DNA of 64,000 bases from an uncultured Gammaproteobacteria bacterium. GTDB lineage: Bacteria > Patescibacteriota > Microgenomatia > Daviesbacterales > UBA10151. The notes beneath the pieces are model-generated. The model made no database searches. It worked only from the letters and a program-made list of their open reading frames with translations, and was not told the DNA's origin. The stretch is taken from NCBI GenBank assembly GCA_964394855.1, contig CAYMZD010000004.1:8316-72315 (forward strand), written 5' to 3'. The translations under genes and the position numbers were made by a program. This document shows positions 9,406-18,134 of the stretch, one piece after another. How positions within the stretch are numbered: position 1 is the first letter of the stretch; each line of letters begins with the position of its first letter.

Positions 9406-9698
9406 AATTTCCCATTTCCAAATATAAAGTTTATGGCAGCTCCATGAACCCTACTTTAAAAGAGGGTCAGGAGGTTATAACTTTTAACTGGGGTAAACCA
9501 AAAGTGGGTGATATGGTGGTGATAAAAAAGGATGGCATAGAAATGGTTAAGCGCATACAAATGTCCTCCGACCCGCTGCGCGAGGCGAGTCGTGGTACAT
9601 TTGTACAAGGAGATAACAAGAAAGAAAGCACAGATTCCAGGCATTTTGGGCCGGTGGATAAATCTCAAATTGTGGGTAAGGTAGTTAAGTGGTATTAA
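9402..9698 (+). CDS. sodX: S26 signal-peptidase-like NiSOD maturation protease
   Basis: Motifs SSMNPTL, VKRI and GDNKKESTDSRHFGPV; the gene overlaps the sodN stop. Confidence 0.75.
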   Translation: MKFPISKYKVYGSSMNPTLKEGQEVITFNWGKPKVGDMVVIKKDGIEMVKRIQMSSDPLREASRGTFVQGDNKKESTDSRHFGPVDKSQIVGKVVKWY

Positions 9699-9740
9699 AC
9701 TTAAGTTGTGGTGGAGAGTAATTTCTTCTATACTGATGTT

Positions 9741-10058
9741 ATGGAAACTGCTGCCCAACAGGATAGACAAACAGCCCAAGTAATTGCCAGAAACTTAAAT
9801 AAATTGGGTGTAGGAGTCAGCGCAGAAGATATCACTCCCCAGACCGCTGCCACAGCGATACCCAGAACTAAAGAACTGGAGGAGGCTGGAGCAGAGATTT
9901 CCGGAGAAGATATCACCCACTTGGTGGGTGAAACAGTGGGGGAGATGACTACAGGAGCCAGTAAAGTAAGGGTGGCCCGCTCAAGCAGTTTTTGGGCTAA
10001 ACTTAAAGAAAGAGTTTTAAGAAAGAAAAAACCGGACGAGGAAGTTCTCATTAAATAA
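9741..10058 (+). CDS. Hypothetical protein
   Basis: ORF 9708-10058 with an internal ATG at 9741; the opposite-strand ORF is low complexity. Confidence 0.4.
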   Translation: METAAQQDRQTAQVIARNLNKLGVGVSAEDITPQTAATAIPRTKELEEAGAEISGEDITHLVGETVGEMTTGASKVRVARSSSFWAKLKERVLRKKKPDEEVLIK

Positions 10059-10062
10059 ATTT

Positions 10063-12408
10063 ATGGAGGTTACACCATCAAACGGGCCAGACATTATTGG
10101 TTTTGCCATCACTGCAGCCATGATTTTGATTTCTGTTATGGTTATTTTGGGGCTGATGGTGTATTTTTGGCGTTTTTTTGTGGGATGGGTAAAATTTAGA
10201 GAAAGAGAGAAAACATCTTTACAATTTGTGCTTTTGCAGATTATTGTTCCCCATGACAATGAAGTCAAAATTGATGCAGCAGAGCAACTTTTTGCCACCT
10301 TCGCCTCTATTAGAAAATCAACTGGTAAGCTTTTTGGTCGTTTCAAAATACAACCCCATTTATCTTTTGAGATTGTTGCTTTACATGAGTCAATTCGTTT
10401 CTATATTTCTTGCCATAGACAATATCAAGATTTAATAGAAAAGCAGATTCATGGAGCCTATCCTGATGCTGAAGTTAAAGAGTTACCAGAATATAATATT
10501 TTTTCAGAAGAGGGTAAAACAGCTTATGCCTCTTTGAGGCTTCGTAGTCAGGATTTTTTCCCCATAAAAACTTTTAGGGATTTACCAACAGATCCACTTT
10601 CTAGCATTACTTCTGCCTTGGCTAAAATGCAGCCAGGAGAGGGTGCAGCCATACAGATGATTATTTTTCCCAGCGATAACAACTGGAAAGAGATTGGTAA
10701 AAAGTGGCTGAAAAAAGAAAAAGACCCAGGAAAACCAGATAACCCCAAACCTCCCCCTGATGCCAAGCAGATTGAAGCGGTAGAAGGGAAAATGACCAGA
10801 CCTGGTTTTTATACCACTATCAGGATTGTGGTTTCTTCCACTTCCAGCGAATCTGCCAAAGCCCATCTGGCCAATATTCGCTCAGGCTTTGAACAGTTTA
10901 ATGGTCCATATAACGGTTTTAGTGGTGAAAAAGTCAAAAGCGAAAAGAGCTTTATGACTGATTTTATCTACCGTTATCAGCCCAGATTTAGCCAAGCTGC
11001 GGTTTTAACGCCAGATGAGCTGGCTTCTGTTTTCCATTTCCCCAACAAGCAGATTGAAACGCCCTATATCTCCTGGTTAACTTCTAAACGAGCTCCTGCC
11101 CCAGAAAAAATTCCCACAGAAGGACTTTATCTTGGACGCTCTCTTTTTCGCAGCATTGTCCGCCAGGTATATGTGGCAGAGGATGATAGAAGACGTCACA
11201 TGTATATCATTGGTCGAACCGGTATTGGTAAGTCAGAGCTTTTAAAAAGCTTGATGTTGCAAGATATTTTGGCAGGTAAAGGACTATGTTTTATTGACCC
11301 ACACGGTGATGCAGCAGAGGAATTATTAGAACTGATTCCTCCACAGCGAGCAGAAGATGTGATCTATTTTGACCCAGGAGATTTAGAAAGACCCATGGGG
11401 TTAAATATGATTGAAGCCTATACTGAAGAGCAAAAGCATTTTGTGGTAGCTTCCATTATTGGTTTAATGTATAAACTTTTTGATCCCAATAAAACTGGTA
11501 TTATCGGTCCTCGTTTTGAGCATGGTGTTCGGAATGCCATGTTAACAGCCATGAGTAAACCCGGTGCCACCTTTGTGGAGGTGATGAGAATCATGACTGA
11601 TTCCAGCTTTGTGCAAGAGATATTGCCCTTGGTAGTTGATCCAGTGGTACGCCGCTATTGGACAGATCAGATTGCCCAAACTACTGACTTTCACAAGTCT
11701 GAAGTTTTGGATTATACTGTTTCCAAATTTGGTCGTTTTGTCACCAATAAAATGATGAGAAATATTATTGGACAATCGCAAAGTTCATTTGATCTTAGAA
11801 AAGTGATGGATGAAGGAAAAATCTTAATCATGAATTTATCTAAGGGAAAAATTGGTGAGGAAAATTCCAACTTTTTAGGGCTGATCCTGGTACCTAAAAT
11901 TTTGGCTGCTGCCATGTCCCGCTCTGATATACCCATGGAGCAGCGGAGAGATTTTTATCTTTATGTGGATGAGTTTCAAAACTTTGCCACGGAAACTTTT
12001 GGCGATATCCTTTCCGAAGCTCGAAAATATCGTTTAAATTTAATTGTGGCTAATCAGTTTATTGGTCAAATTGGAGAGGAATTAAAAAATGCTGTTTTTG
12101 GTAATGTGGGAACCTTAATTGCCTTTAGGGTGGGAGTCACTGATGCTAACTATTTGCAGCATGAGTTTTCACCTACTTTTTCGGAAAACGATTTGGTTAA
12201 TGTAGAAGCTTATCATGCCTATATCAAGACCATTGTTCATGGAGAGCCAGTTTCACCATTTTCTTTGGATACCACTAAAGATATGACCAAATGGAAAAGT
12301 TTGCTAAACCCCCAAATTGCTCAAGCTGTCAAGGAGCTATCTCGTCTTAAATATGGTCGGGATGCGCAAACTATTGAAGCTGACATTGCCCAGCGGGCCA
12401 GATTGTAA
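10063..12408 (+). CDS. Membrane-anchored P-loop NTPase of the type IV secretion / conjugal coupling type (TraG/VirD4/VirB4-like)
   Basis: N-terminal TM helix; Walker A IIGRTGIGKSELL; Walker B-like LYVDEFQNFAT; size 781 aa. Confidence 0.55.
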   Translation: MEVTPSNGPDIIGFAITAAMILISVMVILGLMVYFWRFFVGWVKFREREKTSLQFVLLQIIVPHDNEVKIDAAEQLFATFASIRKSTGKLFGRFKIQPHLSFEIVALHESIRFYISCHRQYQDLIEKQIHGAYPDAEVKELPEYNIFSEEGKTAYASLRLRSQDFFPIKTFRDLPTDPLSSITSALAKMQPGEGAAIQMIIFPSDNNWKEIGKKWLKKEKDPGKPDNPKPPPDAKQIEAVEGKMTRPGFYTTIRIVVSSTSSESAKAHLANIRSGFEQFNGPYNGFSGEKVKSEKSFMTDFIYRYQPRFSQAAVLTPDELASVFHFPNKQIETPYISWLTSKRAPAPEKIPTEGLYLGRSLFRSIVRQVYVAEDDRRRHMYIIGRTGIGKSELLKSLMLQDILAGKGLCFIDPHGDAAEELLELIPPQRAEDVIYFDPGDLERPMGLNMIEAYTEEQKHFVVASIIGLMYKLFDPNKTGIIGPRFEHGVRNAMLTAMSKPGATFVEVMRIMTDSSFVQEILPLVVDPVVRRYWTDQIAQTTDFHKSEVLDYTVSKFGRFVTNKMMRNIIGQSQSSFDLRKVMDEGKILIMNLSKGKIGEENSNFLGLILVPKILAAAMSRSDIPMEQRRDFYLYVDEFQNFATETFGDILSEARKYRLNLIVANQFIGQIGEELKNAVFGNVGTLIAFRVGVTDANYLQHEFSPTFSENDLVNVEAYHAYIKTIVHGEPVSPFSLDTTKDMTKWKSLLNPQIAQAVKELSRLKYGRDAQTIEADIAQRARL

Positions 12409-12422
12409 TATAATTCACTCGC

Positions 12423-12493
12423 AGGCCCGTAGCTTAGTGGTAAAGCGGGTGTCTTATACACACTTGATGAGGGTTCGATTCCTTCCGGGCCTA
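12423..12493 (+). tRNA. tRNA with anticodon UAU (Ile, AUA-reading)
   Basis: A manual cloverleaf gives acceptor AGGCCCG/CGGGCCT, D-stem GCTT/AAGC, anticodon stem GGTGT/ACACT, loop CTTATAC, T-arm GAGGG-TTCGATT-CCTTC and A73. CCA is not encoded. Confidence 0.55.
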
Positions 12494-12578
12494 CCCTTCA
12501 ACAAGCTCAGGGTAAACTGAAAGGGGGTGATGAGTTCTGAATAAGCAAATAGGAAAAGTAGTACACTATTATGATAAA

Positions 12579-12785
12579 TTGGGTGTGGCCATTGTGGATT
12601 TGGACAATGGGAGTTTAAAGGTGGGGGATAGTGTCAAGTTTAAACACGGAGAAGATGAATTTACCCAAAATGTAGAATCTCTGCAAATTGAACATGAAGC
12701 AGTGGATTCAGTTAAAAAGGGAGACTCTTTTGGTTTAAAAGTTTCACAACCCACCAAGCCGGGAACTTTAGTTTATATGTCTTAA
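12579..12785 (+). CDS. Small hypothetical beta-rich protein (TTG start; reading frame is open from ~12534)
   Basis: ORF directly downstream of the tRNA; sequence ...KVGDSVKFKHGEDEF... Confidence 0.35.
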   Translation: MGVAIVDLDNGSLKVGDSVKFKHGEDEFTQNVESLQIEHEAVDSVKKGDSFGLKVSQPTKPGTLVYMS

Positions 12786-13645
12786 AGTTCTTCCAGTTGG
12801 ACCTTGGGCCCATTGGTTTGGCCTTGAATAAATTGTAAGTATTTTTCCGTGGTGGTTAATCTTTTATGTCCAGCCAGCTTGGCCACAGTCACTAAAGACA
12901 TGCCACTTTCTAGCTGGGTTGTTACCCAAGTATGACGCAAGTCATTAACTTTAGCTTGCTTGATGCCAGCAACTTTAAAATATCTATCAATGGCAGTTCT
13001 AATATTTCTGATAAGTAAGGGTTTGCCTGTTTTAGTGATAAACAGAGTATGAGAGGGTGATTTGGGCCTTATTCCTAAATATTTTTGTACAGCCTCGGCG
13101 CCAGGTTTAGTCAGAGGAATAGTTCGCTCCACAGTGCCTTCCGCTGTTGGTACATGTAAGTTTAAATTTTGTAAATCGATATCCTCTACTCGTAAGGCTG
13201 CCAACTCGCCAATTCTCACTCCTGTTTGCAAAAGGAGCTCAATAACGGCAAAAATTCGAATATCTCCTCTGGCAGCATCTCGCAGGGCCCTATATTCTAG
13301 TTTAGATAAAATACGAGGGGGTTTGTTTTCAAACTTGGGATGCTCCAAGGCTGTGGCTGGATCTTCAGTGATAAAATTAGATATTTTTAAGAATTTAAAA
13401 AAAGTTTTGGTGGAGTTGGTTTTTCTGGAAATTGATTTGGCAGTGTAGTTTTCTTTGGTCAGACTTTCCATAAAGGCTTGTAAATCTTCCAAAAGCACAT
13501 CAAAGGTCTGTTCTCGTCCCAGCTTTTTTAAGAAGTTAACCAGTTGCTCAATATCCTTGCCATAAGCTAAAATAGTAGCATTGGCACGGTTTTTGCCTTT
13601 GAGGTGGCCAATAAATTGTTGATGGGCATCTGTTAAGTTAATCAT
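12782..13645 (-). CDS. Tyrosine recombinase, XerC/XerD-like
   Basis: Catalytic region RHTWVTTQLESGMSLVTVAKLAGHKRLTTTEKYLQF carries the R-H-R-Y residues. Confidence 0.85.
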   Translation of the reverse strand: MINLTDAHQQFIGHLKGKNRANATILAYGKDIEQLVNFLKKLGREQTFDVLLEDLQAFMESLTKENYTAKSISRKTNSTKTFFKFLKISNFITEDPATALEHPKFENKPPRILSKLEYRALRDAARGDIRIFAVIELLLQTGVRIGELAALRVEDIDLQNLNLHVPTAEGTVERTIPLTKPGAEAVQKYLGIRPKSPSHTLFITKTGKPLLIRNIRTAIDRYFKVAGIKQAKVNDLRHTWVTTQLESGMSLVTVAKLAGHKRLTTTEKYLQFIQGQTNGPKVQLEEL

Positions 13646-13700
13646 GATATCTAGCTGATATTGTAAACTTATAGGGTGCTTTTGTCAAGAGAGTTTTAAA

Positions 13701-14054
13701 ATGGGTAAGAAGATAGTGTTAATTTTAATTGGTGCTTTAACAATAATTATTGCCTACAATCTGATTGGGCAAATTTTATCTACTGTTCACTCTGGGGATA
13801 AACTGTCTCAAGCCATGGATAGGTTGCACAAACTGGAAATTAAAAATAAGGAGCTCAAAAAAAAGCTGGAGGGAGTTAAATCACCGCAGTTTTTAGAACA
13901 GCAGGCCAGAGATAAGCTGGGTTTGGTTAAAGAAGGGGAAGTGCTGGTGATTATTCCTCAGGAAAAAATTGATCAGGTGTTAGGTTTAAGTAAAAAGGTG
14001 GAAGAAGTGAAACTGCCCAATCCTCTGGGCTGGTGGAAGTTGTTTTTTAAATGA
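13701..14054 (+). CDS. FtsB/DivIC-like septum formation initiator
   Basis: N-terminal TM helix followed by a coiled coil. Confidence 0.55.
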   Translation: MGKKIVLILIGALTIIIAYNLIGQILSTVHSGDKLSQAMDRLHKLEIKNKELKKKLEGVKSPQFLEQQARDKLGLVKEGEVLVIIPQEKIDQVLGLSKKVEEVKLPNPLGWWKLFFK

Positions 14055-14055
14055 T

Positions 14056-14766
14056 TTAGGAGCTTGTTTTACAGGCCAGTATAAATACCGAATAATCGTC
14101 ACCAATTATTGAATCATCGTCAATAGGAGGCGGGAGTTGCCTGAATTGAAATCCTGCCTTATCCAGCATATCTTTTAGTTGAACACCAGTATAAAATTTA
14201 AGTGGCTGATGATGGTTTTCATAAATAAGTTCACCATCTTTTAACCACTGTTGTTCATGCAGGTAGCGGAGGTTTTCTGGTAGCTTTAACCATGTTCTAC
14301 TACGATAAATCAAAACCCCCCCATTTTTAGTAGGGTTCTGATATTCTGCCACTCTAGCTTGAAGCTTTCCATTGTGGGAGTGGCTTTGGATTAATTTATC
14401 CCCATCAGTCACATCAAATAGCAGCTTACCTCCTGGTTTTAGCACTCTTTTAATCTCGGATAGTAATCTATCTATAGATGGGGGGTCCATGGAACTGTCA
14501 AACATTGAATGGAGTAATAAAACAAAGTCAAAACTTTGTCCAAAAGGAAGTTTAAACCAACTCCCTCGCACAAATGAGATGTCTCTGGCCATGGTCAGAT
14601 CTGGTGGGGAAATATCCATACCAACTACGTTTTGAAAACCACGCCGGGTTAAATCTAAGCAGTGTAAACCAGGACCACAACCTAAATCTAAGACCCTATG
14701 ATTGGTTTGTAAGCCATTTGAGATGGCAAGATCTACTTCAGCAATGTCTTGTTCCTCTGGTAACAT
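14056..14766 (-). CDS. Class I SAM-dependent methyltransferase
   Basis: Motif I VLDLGCGPGLHCLDL. Confidence 0.75.
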   Translation of the reverse strand: MLPEEQDIAEVDLAISNGLQTNHRVLDLGCGPGLHCLDLTRRGFQNVVGMDISPPDLTMARDISFVRGSWFKLPFGQSFDFVLLLHSMFDSSMDPPSIDRLLSEIKRVLKPGGKLLFDVTDGDKLIQSHSHNGKLQARVAEYQNPTKNGGVLIYRSRTWLKLPENLRYLHEQQWLKDGELIYENHHQPLKFYTGVQLKDMLDKAGFQFRQLPPPIDDDSIIGDDYSVFILACKTSS

Positions 14767-14887
14767 TTGGCAGAAAGATTAACAGAAGTTTCCATAAAAA
14801 GCAAATAAAGGGAGTGGGATGATGCCTGCCCTGAGCTTGGTGAAGGGCCTGCCCTGAAACTATTTAGATGCTTATTCAGTTTGGCCA

Positions 14888-15136
14888 TCAGTCTACCTTC
14901 AACCTTAAAATTCTAATTTTCTTTTCTCTGCTCCATCCCTTTATCTGTTTTTCTCTTTTTAAAGCTTCTGATCGAGTTGGTAATTGTTCTTGATAAACTA
15001 ACTTAATTGGTTTATGTGATTTCGTATAATGCCCACCCTTTCCATTCTTGTGATCTAAAAAACGCTGGTCTACGTTATTGGAATATCCAGTATATAAACT
15101 TCCATCTTCACACAGTAGAATGTACACAAACCACAT
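14888..15136 (-). CDS. GIY-YIG nuclease domain protein
   Basis: Motif VYILLCEDGSLYTGYSNN...R...H. Confidence 0.8.
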   Translation of the reverse strand: MWFVYILLCEDGSLYTGYSNNVDQRFLDHKNGKGGHYTKSHKPIKLVYQEQLPTRSEALKREKQIKGWSREKKIRILRLKVD

Positions 15137-15289
15137 GATGATATTTTAGCAGAGAGTAAATATTCGAGTCCTTCGACTCTGGTTCGACTACGCTCACCAT
15201 CGCTCAGGGCACTTCGACTCTATTTGCCATCAAAAAACTCGCTCCATTCATTCAGTGCCTGCACTGAGCGAGCGAAGCGAGTCGAAGTG
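15137..15289. other. Structured or repetitive spacer with mutually exclusive inverted repeats
   Basis: cacttcgactc (~15211) pairs with gagtcgaagtg (~15279); cgctcagggcac (~15201) pairs with gtgcctgcactgagcg (~15254) in a crossing arrangement; a gagtc-cttc-gactc hairpin lies at ~15176. Confidence 0.3.
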
Positions 15290-15361
15290 TTGCGGGGGCG
15301 GGAATCGAACCCGCTGCCTCAAGATTATGAGCCTTGTGTGCAGCCATTACACTTCCCCGCG
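15290..15361 (-). tRNA. tRNA(CAU), initiator-like (C1xA72 mismatch)
   Basis: Read as the reverse complement: acceptor CGCGGGG/CCCCGCA, anticodon stem CAAGG/TCTTG, loop CTCATAA, T-arm GCGGG-TTCGATT-CCCGC. Confidence 0.6.
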
Positions 15362-15441
15362 ATATTTAAAAGAACACTTGTATTTTAAACTTTTACCCTT
15401 AATATGTCAATGTAAGTAGGATATGTTAAAATTGACCGTAA

Positions 15442-15512
15442 GGCAGTGTAGTTTAACGGTAAAACAGTGCCCTCATAAAGCACGAACGGAGGTCCGACTC
15501 CTCCCATTGCCA
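15442..15512 (+). tRNA. tRNA(CAU), elongator Met or lysidine-type Ile2
   Basis: Acceptor GGCAGTG/CATTGCC with G1-C72, loop CTCATAA, T-loop TCCGACT (C at position 55, unusual). Confidence 0.55.
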
Positions 15513-15543
15513 CACTTGTGTTATGGTTTAATATGAGGCTAAA

Positions 15544-16212
15544 ATGGAAGAAGAAATGCTTAATTCAAAATTTCAAATTCAACGCCTATCTGATATCCCC
15601 GAAGCTGATATCCCAAAGACCTTAGAAGAAGTGGTAAAAGTGGAAAAAGAGGCCTGGCCCGAAGAAATACAAGCTCCTTTAGAAAAATTTCAGGCCAGAG
15701 CGGAAGTTTTTCCTCAAGGGTTTTTATTAATTTCTCTACCTGATCTAGGTTTAGTTGGAGTTTCAACGGCTGAAATCATCAATTATGACCCACTTCATCC
15801 ACCGATTTCCTGGGAAGAGACTACGGATAACGGGTGGATTAGAAGTACTCATAATCCAGAGGGGAATGCACTCTATCTTATTTCTGTGGGGGCGAGTCCA
15901 CGCTCTGCTGGCAGAGGTGTTGGTACAAGACTGGTTCAAGAACAGCTTGATTTAGCCAGAAGATTAAACCTAGACTATCTTGTTTTAGGTTCACGCATCC
16001 CTAAATATCATGAATATCACCTTCGGCATCCTGAAATGACCATAGATCAATATTTATTGTTAACTAGATCTGGCGGGGAAGTTTTAGATCCAGAGATTCG
16101 TTTTTATACGCGTTGTGGCTTAAAAGTGATTAGGGTGGTGCCAGATTATATGGAAGATGATCCAGAAAGTGAGAATTATGGAGCGGTGATGGTTTGGGAA
16201 AATCGCACATAA
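15544..16212 (+). CDS. GNAT-like acetyltransferase
   Basis: Acetyl-CoA site RSAGRGVGTRLV matches the GNAT R/QxxGxG/A motif. Confidence 0.5.
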   Translation: MEEEMLNSKFQIQRLSDIPEADIPKTLEEVVKVEKEAWPEEIQAPLEKFQARAEVFPQGFLLISLPDLGLVGVSTAEIINYDPLHPPISWEETTDNGWIRSTHNPEGNALYLISVGASPRSAGRGVGTRLVQEQLDLARRLNLDYLVLGSRIPKYHEYHLRHPEMTIDQYLLLTRSGGEVLDPEIRFYTRCGLKVIRVVPDYMEDDPESENYGAVMVWENRT

Positions 16213-16258
16213 CTTGCAATTTTGTGGTATAATGATTTAATCCCTAAGGAAAGCTCCT

Positions 16259-16543
16259 GTGGGGGTATTTTTTTGGCCCGACAAAGGCAAGGAAAAATAT
16301 ATGAGAGATAGAGTAGAAATATACGAAGAGGCTATATTACAAGCTACCTTAATTGAAGGGGGGAAAGAAAAAGATAGATACCCTCTTAAGGTAGTTGGTA
16401 TTAATGGTCGAAAGGCCATTGTGGTTGAGGCGGATTCAGATGGGCAACAAATTCCAGGAAGAGCCCTTGAGCAAGCACCTTTAGACGAGCTTGAAAAGGG
16501 TAGATTCGGTGTGTTGCAGATTTCCAATCATAGACCGATTTGA
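16259..16543 (+). CDS. Hypothetical protein
   Basis: The plus-strand ORF is preferred over the low-complexity minus-strand ORF; an internal ATG at 16301 has an SD. Confidence 0.3.
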   Translation: MGVFFWPDKGKEKYMRDRVEIYEEAILQATLIEGGKEKDRYPLKVVGINGRKAIVVEADSDGQQIPGRALEQAPLDELEKGRFGVLQISNHRPI

Positions 16544-16624
16544 CAACAACCCATCTTTATGTTAGCCTATAAATACATGGATAAACTGAATTTAAACATT
16601 TGTAGATGGTATCGTAAACATCCA

Positions 16625-16730
16625 GCCTGAAACAGGCGGTTTTTACGTGCCTTAAGTCCATGATTTAAGAAAAATTAAATAAAATTTTAAATAAAAAAGC
16701 ACAAGGAACCGCCAAGGAGGCGGTTTTTTT
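16625..16730 (+). promoter_or_regulatory. Two tandem terminator-like hairpins; the second carries an AAGGAGG SD in its loop just before the GTG/ATG of the next gene
   Basis: First hairpin gcctg-aaa-caggc followed by ggttttta (~16625-16645); second hairpin aaccgcc-AAGGAG-gcggtt followed by ttttttt (~16707-16730). Confidence 0.4.
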
Positions 16731-16742
16731 GTGGGAAAAAAT

Positions 16743-18134
16743 ATGGAAACAATAGAAAACAAAATTACAATTAGTACAGAGAATTTAGATGATCAAGAAG
16801 CAGATAAGAGGATAACTGCTATTAGAGGAGTGGTGCATCAATCTGGCTTAGTAACAGACTCTAGACACGATTTTAGACTGACTCCGGATAGATTAGTTTT
16901 AAATTCAGAAGCAAGAAACCAATTTGAACAGATTGGAGAGTTAATATTGTCAAGTTTTTCTGCAACCAGAAGAGTGTTTCTGAGGGCTAAAAGAAGTGAA
17001 TTTCCTGAAGATTTAAACAGATTTGTGATCAGAGCTCTTGAAGCAGGAATGAGTAATGCTAATAAAAAGACCTTATCAGTAGAGATTGACCAATTGCCGC
17101 TTTTTTTCAGGGCTGATTGTATCCTGGCACAAGATGGTGGGGAATTAGCGATTAAGGCTACTGAAATAGAAGGCGAAAGATCCATTGCTTTTGGCTTTGC
17201 CAGCTTCATAGATCAAATCAATACGGCAGTAAATCAAGTGAGTATAGACCAACGATTGGGGGGTTTAGGAGTTGCAAGTGGAATAAAACAAGCGGTTGAA
17301 GAAAGTAACTTCCAAGGTAAGGGAATAGCTTTAATATTAGCGGAAGACCAGCTATTCTATTTACCTGAACAGGCGCTATTTGTTAATGAACTTAGAAGTC
17401 TAGGGATACCTGTAGAGTTAGTTAGAGAGAATGATTTTGAAATGAAACCTGGCAATCCTCCCATGGTGATTTTGCCTAGTGGAGAAGCAGCTAATGTGGC
17501 TGTAAGCCTCCCAAAGTTTAATCCTCAAAAATCAGGTCAACAATTTAGCCAAGAAAGATTAAGGATGGATTTTATTAGGGGGGCTTTTGATTTCCTTTTG
17601 CCTCCGTTCAAATTCTTTGGTACAAAATCTTCTATGGCTTTAATGCACCAGCCAATAATTCGAGACATTTTCTTTGAAGAGGGAATGAATGCAAAATTGG
17701 TAGATAAATTGATTCCGCCAACGAAAGCAATAGCCGGTCAGATTTCAGAAGTAGAACGATTACTTTTAGAAATGGGCATTCAAACAGACCCCCCAACCCT
17801 GCTTAAAGCCGTAGGTATGACTGCTGGAAGAGGCATGGCTATGCCAAATGATAGAGAAGGTATCCGAGAAATTTTGCGGATTGCCAAAGGATCGCCATTT
17901 GATTTTATAACACAACAATTTTTGGAAACAGTTGCACCGGAATTTAGAATTTTTGATTCGCAGAGTGGTGAGTTACGCAAAGAATTTCAGTTTATGAGGT
18001 TGGCAGCATTTTTTGCTAATATTAACGGGTGTTCAACTTTGCTTGGAGTGGAGGGGACTGGTTTACCCAATCCATTTGTCCACGGAAACCCTAATTGTAT
18101 TTTCTTTCCAGTAGTATTTAAGGAGGAAGTATGA
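16743..18134 (+). CDS. Hypothetical protein with an ATP-grasp-like signature in circularly permuted order
   Basis: The RADCILAQDGGELAIKATEIEGERS block resembles the ATP-grasp C-terminal R-D...G...E-N motif but sits N-terminally; there are no other recognisable motifs. Confidence 0.35.
   Translation: METIENKITISTENLDDQEADKRITAIRGVVHQSGLVTDSRHDFRLTPDRLVLNSEARNQFEQIGELILSSFSATRRVFLRAKRSEFPEDLNRFVIRALEAGMSNANKKTLSVEIDQLPLFFRADCILAQDGGELAIKATEIEGERSIAFGFASFIDQINTAVNQVSIDQRLGGLGVASGIKQAVEESNFQGKGIALILAEDQLFYLPEQALFVNELRSLGIPVELVRENDFEMKPGNPPMVILPSGEAANVAVSLPKFNPQKSGQQFSQERLRMDFIRGAFDFLLPPFKFFGTKSSMALMHQPIIRDIFFEEGMNAKLVDKLIPPTKAIAGQISEVERLLLEMGIQTDPPTLLKAVGMTAGRGMAMPNDREGIREILRIAKGSPFDFITQQFLETVAPEFRIFDSQSGELRKEFQFMRLAAFFANINGCSTLLGVEGTGLPNPFVHGNPNCIFFPVVFKEEV

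Noticed and set aside
9728-10051. Minus-strand 107-aa ORF
   Set aside because: It is antisense to a more plausible plus-strand ORF within a plus-strand operon, and its product is low complexity.
15160-15205. Possible additional tRNA (GGTTCGA T-loop-like word and a CACCA end on the plus strand)
   Set aside because: No acceptor/T-stem pairing could be built. It is more likely part of the repetitive structured spacer.
16237-16527. Minus-strand 96-aa ORF
   Set aside because: Its product is low complexity (S/P/C-rich). The plus-strand ORF 16259-16543 has a more protein-like composition and fits the local gene orientation.
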